A model generated the notes under the pieces. It was given only the letters and a program-made list of their open reading frames with translations. It did not search any database and had not been told where the DNA came from. Source: Octopus bimaculoides (Eukaryota). From it: a stretch of DNA of 64,000 nt. Below, piece by piece: positions 12,795 to 26,105 of the stretch. The DNA lies in the NCBI RefSeq assembly GCF_001194135.2, contig NC_068998.1:43850122-43914121 (forward strand), in the 5' to 3' direction. Made by a program: the position numbers and the translations under genes. Position 1 is the first letter of the stretch. Each line of letters starts with the position of its first letter.

Positions 12795-13405
12795 TACTGA
12801 CAGAATTGTCAGATTCTTAGAAATATACCTTATTGTATTTCTCATGTTTCAACATGTCCTGAGTCTAAATCCTGCTAAAGTCAAGTTTGATTTCATCCCT
12901 TTGTTGTTGATGAAGTAAAGTTGTTGTTGTTGGGACTCCATCGCTTACGACGTCGAGGGTTCCAGTTGATCCGATCAATGGAACAGCCTGCTCGTGAAAT
13001 TAACATGCAAGTGGCAGAGCACTCCACAGACACGTGTACCCTTAACGCAGTTCTCAGGGATATTCAGCGTGACACAGTGTGACAAGGCTGACCCTTTGAA
13101 TTACAGGCACAACAGAAACAGGAAGTAAGAGTGAGAGAAAGTTGTGGTGAAAGAGAACAGCAGGGTTCGCCACCATCCCCTGCCAGAGCCTCGTGGTGCT
13201 TTAGATGTTTTCACTCAATAAACACTCACAACGCCCGGTCTGGGAATCGAAACCGCGATCCTATGACCGCGAGTCCACTGTCCTAACCACTGGGCCATTG
13301 CACCTACACCAATGAAGTAAAGTACCTACCAAGTATTGGACTAAGGATATCAACTACTCTCCAACCCCTCCAAATCGCTGGCCTTGTGCCTAAATCAGAT
13401 ACAAT
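12795..13405 (+). mobile_element. Old SINE family C copy split by a family B insertion
   Basis: The C head and body (ctgagtctaaatcctgctaaagtcaagtttgatttcatccc) stop at 12920 and resume after 13323 (aagtacc...ggccttgtgcctaaa). Confidence 0.65.
12921..13311 (-). mobile_element. SINE family B, full length, 12-bp TSD
   Basis: Minus-strand tRNA-like head (caatggcccagtggttagg...ggtttcgattccc) and (AAC)n tail. TSD ATGAAGTAAAGT at 12910-12921 and 13312-13323. Confidence 0.9.
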
Positions 13406-13804
13406 TCTCAGAGTAATATTTCAGTTATGTAACAAAAAGGGAAAGATATTTTTTTTATTCACATACTGCTATTGTTGTGCTTTCTGTGAGTTTTGATTTA
13501 AAAATACATTTATCTCCAGTTCTTGCAATTCTCAGGGAAGGTACACACGCTGCAATCAATTTTAAATTTCTCGCTTTATACATTTCTCCAGACAGCAGAT
13601 GACATAATTACTTATGTTTATGCTAATCTAATTTGTCTGCTAGAGAAGAATCATTAGTTTTTAAAACCTGAATTAACATTTTATGGCAGTAAATTTAAAA
13701 TGAAACCAATCTTAATACCTCAACCATCCACCTCCCACCTGGCATTCAAACCTCTAGGTTTCGGGTTCCATTCTTGCTCATGTATTTTCTTAGAAAAAAT
13801 ATTG

Positions 13805-14210
13805 GCTTCAAATTTTGGCGTTAGGCCAGTAATTTTGGGAAAGAGTTAAGTCAATGTAATCAACCCCAGTGTTTAACTGGTACTTATTTTATCAACCCCA
13901 AAAGGATGCAAAGCAAAGTTGTCCTTAACATAATTTGAACATATCTTTTCTGTTTAAAGGTGGTGAGCTGGCAGAATTGTTAGCACACCAAGCAAAATGC
14001 TTAGCAGTATTTCTTCTGTCTTTACATTCTGAGTTCAAATTCCGCTGAGGTCGACTTTCAGAGCACCCCCTAACTATCTTTTCTACTTTCCAACTTCAAA
14101 TCTCATGAAAATGAACATTATGATTGATAAAGTAAGTACCAGTTAACTACCAGAGTCAATATATTCAACTATAATTTAAGGTTTTATTTGAGCTTATGTT
14201 AGAAATTGAT
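13805..14210. mobile_element. Cluster of SINE family C fragments in both orientations
   Basis: Minus-strand copy at about 13805-13935; plus-strand head at about 13955-14060; further 3' part at about 14130-14210. Confidence 0.7.
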
Positions 14211-14701
14211 TCTACAGCATTCCTGTCTAATGGTACCTATCTGAAGTTAGATTCGTTGGACTATTTGAAATTAAAGAAGTGTCTTTAGTGTGGATATGGT
14301 ATAACTGTGGTTATGCAGTTTGAGCCAATGACCATTTAATCAAGAATCAATCCAACGACCCTCTCACCATGACCTGTAGTGAAAAATCTAAGCATAGTTT
14401 AATTGATACAGCACAATTTTCATGATAATAGCTTGGCTTATGGAAGATCCAAGATATAAGACAAAATTTCGTTTCATTAGAGAATATTATGAATATATCA
14501 GAGAGTGAAGAAACATGGTAGTTAGTGATCTGTCTATATTAATTTAACACTGATTTCCCTCTCTCTGTCTCTCTCTCTCTCTCTCTTTTTCTCTTTCTTG
14601 CTCTCTCTCTATCTCATGCACACATACATGCATATATATACATAAATATAATAAATGTGTATAATTTCTGGTATACACACACAGTCACACACACACACAC
14701 G

Positions 14702-14769
<68 letters not shown>

Positions 14770-15185
14770 NNNNNNNNNNNNNNNNNNNNNNNNNNNNNNN
14801 NNNNNNNNNNNNNNNNNNNNNNNNNNNNNNNNNNNNNNNNNNNNNNNNNNNNNNNNNNNNNNNNNNNNNNNNNNNNNNNNNNNNNNNNNNNNNNNNNNNN
14901 NNNNNNNNNNNNNNNNNNNNNNNNNNNNNNNNNNNNNNNNNNNNNNNNNNNNNNNNNNNNNNNNNNNNNNNNNNNNNNNNNNNNNNNNNNNNNNNNNNNN
15001 NNNNNNNNNNNNNNNNNNNNNNNNNNNNNNNNNNNNNNNNNNNNNNNNNNNNNNNNNNNNNNNNNNNNNNNNNNNNNNNNNNNNNNNNNNNNNNNNNNNN
15101 NNNNNNNNNNNNNNNNNNNNNNNNNNNNNNNNNNNNNNNNNNNNNNNNNNNNNNNNNNNNNNNNNNNNNNNNNNNNNNNNNNNNN

Positions 15186-15186
<1 letters not shown>
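14770..15186. other. Assembly gap
   Basis: N run within (TA)n. Confidence 0.99.
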
Positions 15187-15231
<45 letters not shown>

Positions 15232-16123
15232 CACATGTATATAATATATATACCATGTGTGCAGATATGTTTGTGTGTGTGTATGAAAGGGTGAGAATAT
15301 GAATAAGTGTAAATACGTTATTGATATGTGAATGATCTCACAGATAATGCATTTCCATATGTTTGTGTAGATGTGTGCAAGCATTTTAGTGTGTATGCAT
15401 ATGATTTTATATGTGTGTGTGTGTGTGTGTGCATATGCATTTTCTCAAAGAATGAAAGCTGCCTTGGGTCCCTCTGAAGTCTCCCATAAAATGGAAAAGC
15501 TACTTACAACTTTTTCATCCCAACCCCCTTCTCTCTCTCTCCCCCTCTCTCCCTTTCTTTTTCTCTCTCCTTTACATTCTTCCATTTCTGCCCTGCATCA
15601 GCCTTCATTGTCTCTCTCACTTTCTCCCTGTCTCTTTCTTGCTACTCTTTCTTCCTTATTCTGTCTATCTGTCAATTTTTCCTAATCTTCTTCTTACAGT
15701 CTTTCAGTAATTATAAATTAGACCTAAACCGGACACTACCATACTTTCTGTAGTAAACCAAGAACTCGTTTGTAATTATTTCACTACATAAACTACATTA
15801 GTTTCTACTTCTGTTATTAATTTTTCATGCAGCTGCTACCCTGGATATTATCCCTTAGTCACTCTCTGCAGTATAAATTAATCTTTATGTATGTTGAAGT
15901 TATTGTAATCTTTTGTTATATCGACTTCAGAGGCATGGAACTGATTAGGGATTATTAGGGGCACTTTTCTAAGTTATAGCCTTCATGGCGATTCAAGTTG
16001 GTAAGTACCATCACTTTAAAAAGAATAGGGTTATGAAAGTAGTTGGGCTGAGTAATGCAGGCTGGGAAATCTTATTCACTTCATATCATGTTATACTCCC
16101 ATAAAGGAACCATGTCCAACATA

Positions 16124-16342
16124 TTCTTTTACTCTTTTACTTGTTTCAGTCTTTTGACTGCGGCCATGCTGGAGCACCGCCTTTAGTCGAGCAAATCGAC
16201 CCCAGAATTTATTCTTTGGAAGCCTGGTACTTATTCTCTCAGTCTCTTTTGCCGAACCGCTAAGTTACGGGGACGTAAATACACCAGCATCGGTTGTCAA
16301 GCGATGTTGTGGGGACAGACACACAAACACATACACACATAC

Positions 16343-16387
<45 letters not shown>

Positions 16388-16557
16388 CATACATACATAT
16401 ATGAGACGGGCTTCTTTCAGTTTCCGTCTACCAAATCCACTCACAATGCTTTGGTCGGCCCAAGGCTATAGTAGAAGACACTTGCCCAAGGTGCCACGCA
16501 ATGGGACTGAACCCGGAGCCATGTGGTTGGTAAGCAAGCTACTTACCACACAGCCAT
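16124..16557 (-). mobile_element. SINE family A, full length
   Basis: Well-preserved reverse complement of the 9298 and 25705 copies, with an internal (TA)n tract. Confidence 0.92.
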
Positions 16558-17664
16558 CTAACCAACTAGGGTACTTCTGTGTAATGGTCTGAACTACTAA
16601 CAATAGCAGTAAAATTTCCTTTGAGATTTTACTGTTTTCCTCTGGCAGAGGCACATTGGTTAATGTGGTCTGGCATATAGGAAAAAATCCAAATGGTCAT
16701 ACCTTGAATACTTTTGATCGTAGGTCTGTCTACTCAATCAGGGCCAATATGGGATAGCATAGCTACAATAACAACATTTTTTCCCCTCCTCATTGCAACT
16801 AAACTAATTGAAACCCAGCAAATTCTTCTGGATTTTATCACCATTGTTACTGCTGACAGAGACATTGACCAATCTGCACAAAATAGAATGGCTCGGATAT
16901 CAGGGATTTTTATGGAATGGCACAGATATCAGGATTTTTTTTTTTTAATCTGTATTCCTAATACATTGCTTAGGAATATTTAATACTGAGATTTTGGTGC
17001 AGACATTAAAATAAATTTTTTGTTTACTTGAAATCCTTCACAGTAAAACTTGAAATGAAATAAAAACATGAAGTAAACAGAAAAATAATTGCATATCTCA
17101 TAGATCTGTTTTGGAATAATTATCCTCTCGTCAGAGATGTACCTCTATTCTTTACTAATCCACAGACTTTGAATCTAAATTACAATATATAGCAGTAGCT
17201 TATCAGGATGTAACATTAACAGCTGCCCTGATTTGCATATAATACGTTTGTCGGCCAAACAGTAAATTAAATAATATGTCTTTATATATGACAGCATAAT
17301 TCAGAATATTAGAAATATGTATTATGTTGATAACTCTACAGTTGTTATTTGAAAGCCTTAGCCATGGAGATTGAGATGTTTTGAAACGGTTCTATTGTTC
17401 TCTTATATAAGCAAACTCATAATAACCTCGGCAACTGAAGCTTTGGTGGTGGAATTGGTGCTAGTGGTAGCAGTGAGGAATGGTATTGGTGGTGGTGGTG
17501 GTGGTGATGGTGACAACAACATCATTAATAGATTAAGTATGACCTGATTTCAATGCCATCATAAATATTTCACTTCATATGAGATAGCCAAGGATATCCC
17601 ATACCAGGCTTTTTAGAAACATTAAAAGAATGCCACTAGTGGTTTATATATCTGCTACTGTGAA

Positions 17665-18062
17665 GGCACCTGGCTTAGTAGTTAGTGTACGTAGTCATGA
17701 GTTCAATTCTCAGTGGCATGTTGTGTATTTAAGCAAGACACTTTATTTCATCTAGCTCCATTCTACTCAACTGGCAAAAATGAATTTTCTCACATTTGGC
17801 ATGTCACGCTGATTCTCTTTGAGAACTATATTAAGGGTACATGTGTTTGGGGAGTACTCAGCCACTTGCACGTTAATTCCATGAAATGCTTAATGGTATT
17901 TCACCTGTCACTACTACGTTCCGAGTTCAAATTCCGCTAAGGTCAACTTTACCTTTCATCCTTTCAGGGTCGATAAATTAAGTACCAACGAAATTCTGGG
18001 GTCGAAGTAATTGACTAGTCTCTTCCCCAAAAGCTTTGGGCCTTGTGCCTATAATAGAAGGG
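17665..18062 (+). mobile_element. B-related SINE followed by SINE family C
   Basis: tggcttagtagttag...gagttcaattc...aagcaagacacttt...gagaactatattaagggtacatgtg, then ccgagttcaaattccgctaaggtcaactttacc. Confidence 0.7.
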
Positions 18063-18355
18063 ATCTGGGGCAAAGGAAATGTTGGTTAATTCTGAGTACC
18101 TATTTGAATGAATGCATGTCAGAAGGCTCTAGTAACATTTAAATATATTAAATTCAAATTACGATAAACGTAAACAAACGAAGTTTGCTTTTAGAAGCAT
18201 TGAGATGTCTAAGAAAGTTAAAGAAGTGATTTTTAAATTCGCAGTCGCAGGATAATGCTAATAATATAGCCTGAACAGGATAAACTACCCCTATTTTGCA
18301 GAAAAAAGTGTAGGTGGTTAGCTGTTTGTATAAAAGGCACAATAAAATACCAGGA

Positions 18356-18492
18356 GACAATGTTCCCTTCAGTTCATTAGTAATTGTTCAATCTGTGTTT
18401 TAAGGTAGACAATGTTCCCTTGAATCTGTGTACTAAGGTTGACAATGTTCCCTTGAATTCATTAGTAATTGTTCAATCTGTGTATTAAGGCA
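18356..18492. repeat. Three-unit tandem repeat (52, 33 and 52 bp)
   Basis: Units begin GACAATGTTCCCTT at 18356, 18408 and 18441; the middle unit lacks the internal TTCATTAGTAATTGTTC segment. Confidence 0.9.
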
Positions 18493-19554
18493 GAAGACCT
18501 TCCATCGATGAGAGCTAACTTCTGATCAAAGTCCTGCCAGGCCGAAGCTCCTCTAACCTGCTTACCAGCCAGTCTATTCGACTAATGGCCTTTCTTTTTA
18601 AAACTCACACTTCACTACCCTGGGCCGCGTGTATCCTTCCATGGCCAGCAGTGATTGGTTAGTTTAAGCAAAATGACTAAATTAAGCTACCATCGCAAAG
18701 TAGTGCTAATATGACTTGCTACAGATCTTACAGAATGCCTTTACTTTGAGTGTCAATTAGAAGGGGGGGGGGTATTTTATAAACTTTGTTCAGGATTAGA
18801 ACACAGAAACAAGAAAGTAAGAATAGCTAAATATCTAATCTAGTATTCTGTCTCAAACATCTTTACCACCTTTATTGCTGTTAGTTTTAAAGTCTGCTAC
18901 TACTACTACTACCAACAGCAACTTCAATGCCTCTAGCACCAATTTATTTCAATTTCCTTTCTTAGTTTTTGCAGTAGATTCAGTTCAGCTTGTTTTCAAC
19001 TGAAGTCCATTACAGCAAACATGTCATACCAACCTTAAGGGCACTTTCTCCATTCTTCACCTGCTGCCCATCTCAATAGCCTCATGGCGACGCACTCAGG
19101 AAGGAAGTAAATTCCTCGAACAAACAGTTCTCAGCAAATAACAAATTACTGAAATATTGAAAATAAAATCCTGTGAATTCTTTTTTTTTTTTTGACGAAA
19201 TTTTATTTATTTATTTATTTATTGAAACTGCAGGCTAACTAACCATATGATTATATAAATTAGTACTCACAGCTGAACAAGTCAGCTTGGTGTTGTACAA
19301 CATATTGCCAAAGGTTACATTGTGGTTTGTATCACTTTGTTGATGCTACAGCTGTCATCAATAGCCAAGAAATCTGAATCTCACTGGCTCACTTTCACAA
19401 AGCTGTTGATAAGAACCATCGTAATTCTGTTTATTTTATTATGGCTGCATGCTGACCAAAAATGCTTAGTGGCATTTCATCAGTTCTGAGTTCAAATTCC
19501 TTTTGGGATTAATAAAATAAGTACCAGTTGAGTAATCCAGTCATGATCATTCCT

Positions 19555-20020
19555 TTTATATATTTTACTTCCTGTTTCTGTTGCGTCTGTAATTCAAAGG
19601 GCCAGCCTTGTCACACAATGTCACACTAAATACCCCCGAGAACTACGTTAAGGGTACACATGTCTGTGGAGTGCTCAGCCACTTTCTCCTTAATTTCACG
19701 AGCAGGCTGTTCCATTGATCAGATCAACTGGAACCCTCAACGCCGTAAGCGACAGGGTGTCAATCTAATATGTATGTTTAATATGTATAGCAACGCAAAG
19801 GCAGTGAGCTGGCAACATTGTCAGCATGCCATGCAAAATGCTTAGAAGCATTTCGTTCTGTCATCACATTCTGAGTTCAAATTTTTCCAAGATTGACTTT
19901 GCCTTTCTTCTTTTTTGTGGTCGATAAAGTAAGTACCAGCTGAATACTGGGGTTGGTATAATCAAATTAAACCTCACCCTCCGAACTTGCTGGCCTTGTC
20001 TCAAAATTTGAAACCAATAT
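19555..20020 (+). mobile_element. SINE family B 3' half followed by SINE family C
   Basis: ttcctgtttctgttg...ttaagggtacacatgtctgtggagtgctcagccac..., then gcagtgagctggcaacattg...ctgagttcaaa. Confidence 0.8.
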
Positions 20021-20648
20021 GTACATTTTTTCCTTATTCTCAGCCAAACCTATATACCTTCACTCACACACACATACATGTATGTGTACAGGCATACATA
20101 CACGTGTGTGCACATGCACACACACACACACACACACACTAGCTACCCAGTCATAAAGCCAGCATAGTAATTACAGTGAATACTTCAACAATATATATGT
20201 GCATATACATCAATGAAACAATTTTAATATATGCATACATCAATAAGACAATTTTAATATTTGTATACATAAATGAGACAATTTTCATTTATGTATTCAT
20301 CAATAAGATAATTTTAATAAATATATTAATCAATGAGACATCATCCGGTTATACTGCCCTGCTTAGATGGTTATTTTATATCATGTTTGTATTTGAACTA
20401 TTCTAGATTCTAGAAGCTTCTGTATAAGTCACTCCAACACTTGCATTTTGGAATCAAAATTCCACTCCTTATAATTTTAAAATGGCTGCATTAAATGACA
20501 AGGAATCACGAAAGCATTGGTCTTTACTATTGTTTAGCCGCTCCTAGTTAAGCAGACTTTATGATGAAGACACCTTGATTGTGGCCATCCTTCCAATTTG
20601 TATATAGGAGACTATATTGTCTATTCCAGTGTGATCTTTAGTTGAGAC

Positions 20649-20993
20649 TGATGATTCTCAACCCAGGTCCACATGACCATTCAAGGTCCATATAAGATTT
20701 TTGGAGGTCCACGCAAGTAAAAGAGTAAATTGAGGATTTGCAGTAGTTTATTAATGGTCCATGTAAACTCTTTACTTTAGATGTGTTTAATGGAGGAAAC
20801 AACTAGGTTTCTTTCTCCAATGTTTTACATAGTTAAACATTCACAAGTGAATGTGTAAAAAATAAAATAGGAATTTTGAAAGAAGTATGTGATAAAATTA
20901 GTTTTTAAACATTGAATGGCTATGGAAAGGGTCCACCAGAGTAAAATAGTAGTCAAAGGGGTTCATAGGTAAGGAAAATAGTTTAGAATCATT
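20649..20993. mobile_element. hAT-like non-autonomous element
   Basis: Ends resemble CAGTGRTTCTCAA / AGAATCATTG. Interior is shared with about 56180-56365 and the 5' part with about 36793-36960. Confidence 0.55.
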
Positions 20994-23267
20994 GGTTTAA
21001 ACAGTAGGGTATGCTCTGAGGGAGTTTTGGCTGCTTTTCCTAGCAGGCCAAAAGTCTTGTCTTACAGTTTTTTGAATAAACAGGCAATTCAGCTAACTCG
21101 CCTAAAGGTCAGCAGTTCATAACAAATCACTGGTACTTTGTTGTGTTGCATTCTAGATCAAGACTCTGCTCAGTCAGAATCTACAACTTTTAGTTTCTTT
21201 TTCCTCGTGGTTAAAAAACTAACTTAAACAATGAAGTTGAACAAATGTGAAAGGAAGCATTCCATGCTTATACACAGGTAAAAAAAAAATGATGATTTTG
21301 TTTTACATATTTAATAATAGAGACCAAATTTTTTTTCACACAGGTGAATGCAAATGTATTATGTGCTCTCCGTTCCTCTTCTGACAAAACCAAAAAACCC
21401 GTAAAGATCTTTTCATATATGACTACAAACATTGGCCATCTACAAAGTTTACTATTTTCCTTTGTGGTTTCGAAGCTCAAGGTACCTTCTGACTCCTAAT
21501 GATAATCTGGCAGTTTATTTTTATTTCTATTTTTATTTTTGCATTTTCTTTGACTGTATCGACTTCACATCTTTTGTTCACAAACACTTCATAGAGATGT
21601 TAGTTTCTGAAATCACGTTTTGACCATCATACACACCAGTATTCCAGACCTCACGAAGCTAGGCTTTGAAGATCTTTACTTCAAATTTTATTGAGCAGGG
21701 CTTGAACTGTAGGTAAAACGACCAACTGGAGCAGACATACTGCCACACATGCATGCAAACACACATGTGCACGTGCACACGCACACATGCACGCACAAGC
21801 ATGCACATACACTGGAGTCTTATGTGACAAAGCTGGAAGTTCAGTCTCACCAAACCTTTGAAGTTTATATACCATACTTTGATTTAGCAATTAAACTTAG
21901 CTCTTGAGTTCCTACATCAATGATGATGAGTGCTAACAATGAGGCAGAAAACTTCCTACAAATAGCAGCCAAATTATTCCATAATTCACCTCTCGCTATC
22001 TTAAACCAGGCAAAACTCCATGACACATTAGATGACAGACTTTTAGATATATTGTAACAAAATACATACATGCGTGTGTGAATGTGTATACATAACAATA
22101 TACATAAAAATTAAATTATGCGGGCAGAAATTAATATTATTAATTAATATTAATTTAAACTGGTGGCTAGCATACTTCAAAAATGTCTGAAAACAATGAA
22201 TTATATTACATATATAAATAAAAGGAACAGCCACCAGGGTGGATTCCTAATATGCTAGAAGAAGACACCAAATTGCCTTGCCATGAAGAATATGTTCTCA
22301 AAAACTTTAGTAAACACCAGAATCTATGCAAGCAAGACAAATGAAAGGAGACATCCTCTCATTTATATAGAAATATATATGCAAGGTGTGTAAGGTATTT
22401 GAGGACATACTTTCTGGGGTCATTGCTGCATTTTTTTGCTTACTCTGTATAATCTTTGTTTCAGAAAATAATAATGGCAGACCCTCAGATTACTCGAGAA
22501 ATGAAGGGGCATGAAGATGGAAACGTATTAACAGTATTAAAGCATAAAATGCATTCTAAATGCTCTGAAATGCTTGAATATAGATGTAAATATGCAAACA
22601 AAATAAATATACAATACACAAACAAAATAACGTCTTTAAAACTCTGACACACACACACACACACACATATATATATGCAAAATTTTGTGGTCATGACCTG
22701 AATACCTTTGAACAGAGATGTGTTGGATCAGATCTGTGCTGTAGCTTAACAGCAATAGCATTACAACATATAACAATATTTGTTTAATGAACCTATGAAT
22801 CTGCATAAAAATCTGCAATCTTTTTAGTGAATAACTTGTGTGTTCAAATCTTTCAATGGATTTGACATTTGCAAATCCATCCAGCCCAGTTTTATTCTCA
22901 TCACCAGCAATAAAACAGCGATGACGATGATGATGATCTTGGCAATGATGACAATGACAGCTATGACATTTATTTTGTTAATTGTATTAACAATAAGTTT
23001 GAGTAAGCTGTCTCGTGTTAGAGCTAACCTCTCCATCTTCCATTTAACACATTTCTGTTCTTTTTTATAAAAGGTATGAATTGTAAACGAAAAATGTCTG
23101 AATGTTTAATAATTTTGGTTGATATGGGGAGTAAAAACTGTCTGGCAGTTCCTTCAGCAATATGAATTTTTTGAACAGGGGCCCTTACTTCAAAATGTCA
23201 AACTATCTCCTGGCAACCAAACTTATTGTACCTACAAAATGCATTACAGTTGTTGCCTGCACACTAT

Positions 23268-23625
23268 TTTACTTGTTTCAGTCATTTGATTGCAGCCATG
23301 CTGGAGCACTGCCTTTTAAGTCGAGCAAATCGACCCCAGGGCTTATTCTTTATAAGCCTAGTACTTATTCTATCGGTCTCTTTTGCCAAACCGCTAAGTT
23401 ACGGGGACGTAAGCACACCAGCATCAGTTGTCAAGTGATGTTGGGGGGACAAACACAGTTACAGAAACATATACACACACAATGGCCGGCTCTTGTGGAA
23501 CTGTCGCACCCATGCTAGCATGGAAGACGTACGTTAAATGATGATGATGACTCAACGGGCTTCTTCCAGTTTCCGTCTACCAAATCCACTCACAAGGCTT
23601 TGGCTGGGCCAAGGCTATAGTAGGC
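23268..23625. mobile_element. SINE family A fragments (minus strand) with an intervening family D 3' end
   Basis: ttttacttgtttcagtcatt...ggacaaacac; catgctagcatggaagacgtacgttaaatgatgatg; cgggcttcttccagtttccgtctacc. Confidence 0.75.
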
Positions 23626-24722
23626 AGTGGCAGACTGAGTCTAAAAATATCAGTTGCCATGGAGACTTAGTCTCCTGGCAACCAAGGGGGCCCACTCACA
23701 ACTACAATGCTATTATTTAATTTTTGGTTTTGTTTTTGTTAAAAGTATTCTTTTCAACTGTCTGCAAACACAACCAGTCTGAAAGAATTATTGCATTCTT
23801 CCAGGAGTGAATACAAAAATTCTCAAACTTGAGGAGATGGGCTCCTTAGATACTAACATGGGCCCCCATATATGTATTCTAATAGCGCAAGGGTCCACTT
23901 GCAATTGAGCAAGCTGGCAACCTGGCGAGTCCGCCACACACATGTCCAAGGTGCCACAGAGTGGAATTGAACTGGAAGCATATGATTAGGAAGCAAACTT
24001 CTTACCACACAACCACATTTATTTTTCATATTTCCCTTTCGTTAGTTTTCTCGTTAATAGTAAAGTCTTTAGGCATAATACCATCAACAAAATCAGAAGA
24101 AACGGAGTAAGGAAAGACACAAGTCAGAGACTGGTTTGGGAGGCAAGGAATCTCAAGCAGCAAATTTGAGAAATGAAGAAGTTTTAGGGATTTGATAATT
24201 TAAAATAGAATTATATAAAGTAAATGATAAATATTTAATCATATGATATGTTATCTTTTATATTATTTCTGTATTGTTTTCATTTAAACTCAATTACATT
24301 GAGCAATATGAAAGAGATAAAGATATAAATCTTTTCTATCATTTATACAAAGAAATAATGGACAAATTAAGCTTTTCCGCTGCATTTTGTTTTGTTTTAA
24401 TTTCTTTTTTTTTTTATATTTTTGTTTTGTAGATTTTATCATTCTAATAGAATTTAATGGAGAAAATGATGAATAAATGATGTTGGTTTTCTTTTGTTAT
24501 TTTGCCAAATAGAATTCTATGATTGAAGTCCATTGTGAAGACAAAAAAGAAAAGAAGAGATCTCTCTCTAATAACTTTAATACAATTACTATCCTTATCA
24601 TCATCATCATCATCAGTCTCAGCATTATTGCAGTAAGATTTCTGAGTGTGGGGATGAAAATAGCTCATTATTTGACCCTTGAAGGGAGGAAAAGCGAATC
24701 CCACAACAACTAAGACTATAAG

Positions 24723-25111
24723 TTGTTGTTGTTGATGGCACTCCGTCGCTTACGATGTCGAGGATTCCAGTTGATCCAATCAACGGAACAGCCTGCTCGT
24801 GAAATTAATGTGCATGAGGCTGCGCACGCCACAGACACGTGTACCCTTAACGTAGTTCTTGAGGATATTCAGCATGACACATTGTTACAAGGCTGAACCT
24901 TTGAATTACAGGCACAACAGAAACAGGAAGTAAGAGTGAGAGAAAGTTGTGGTGGAAGAGTACAGCAGGGTTTGCTACCATCCCCTGCCAGAGCCTCGTG
25001 GAACTTTAGGTGTTTTCGCTCAATAAACACTCACAACGCCTGGTCTAGGAATCGAAACCGCGATCCTATGACCGCGAGTTCACTGCTCTAACTACTGGGC
25101 CATTGCACCTC
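24723..25111 (-). mobile_element. SINE family B, full length, 13-bp TSD
   Basis: TSD CTAAGACTATAAG at 24710-24722 and 25112-25124; (AAC)n tail. Confidence 0.92.
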
Positions 25112-25704
25112 CTAAGACTATAAGGGGATGTTACTAAATAACTGAACGCTACGGTACACTGGCTGTCACTTCGATAAGTCTGTAATTTCACTGCTCATGT
25201 CGAAGTGGTGATGATGATGATGCCAGAGATATACCACACTACAAGGATAACAACAAGCTAAGAGTCAACTACATCACTAGTATTTTTCAACATAACCCTT
25301 GTTCTTCACTGTCCTATGTATTGTAGCAAGAGCTTCTCACCAGGTGTGTAAGTACTGGCTTGCTTCATTCTGTCTCTAAATCCACCATTTTCGAATACTA
25401 CACAAATTGTTGTATAGAAATTCGTTTGGCCAATACCAACAGGATGTGATTCCATTGACTACAGCTGCTTATGATTACTCTTTCAAGAACTTCAGAAAAA
25501 CCTCTACACAGAGATACATTATTTTCTTTTTTCATTCTTCTTTTTGGTTATTCATCGATAAAGGAATGAGGTACAGTCACATAGTAGAGTCAAATAAACT
25601 TTTTCTCTGCCAGTAGCTTCAGTTGAAGGAAGGAGGCCAGAAAGACTTTCTTTCTCAGTTTGGACCCTCCATTCATTCCTTCACTTGAACAAAAGTGCAT
25701 GTGT

Positions 25705-25867
25705 AGGCATAGGAGTGGCTGTGTGGTAAGTAGCATGCTTACGAACGACATAGTTCCGGGTTCAGTCCCACTGTGTGGCACCTTGGGCAAGTGTCTTCTA
25801 CTATAGCCTCGGGCTGACCAAAGCCTTGTGAGTAGATTTGGTAGACAGAAACTGAAAGAAGCCTGTC

Positions 25868-25927
<60 letters not shown>

Positions 25928-26105
25928 GTGTTTGACCCCCGCAAACATCACTTGACAACCGATGGTGGTGTGTTTACGTTCCCGTAACTTAGCAATTCGG
26001 CAAAAGTGACCGATAGAATAAGTACTAGGCTTACAAAGGATAAGTCCTGGGGTCGATTTGTTCGACTAAAGGCAGTGCTCCACCATGGCCACAGTCAAAT
26101 GACTG
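25705..26105 (+). mobile_element. SINE family A, full length
   Basis: aggcataggagtggctgtgtggtaag...internal (TA)n...ggccacagtcaaatgactg. Confidence 0.92.

Noticed and set aside
18356-18492. Repeat-spacer pattern as a CRISPR array
   Set aside because: Eukaryotic context, only three units, and the spacers are copies of each other.
15955-19100. Shared GGGCACTTT...ATAGCC(T)CATGGCGA motif at about 15958 and 19038
   Set aside because: Two short matches with different spacing; plausible by chance.
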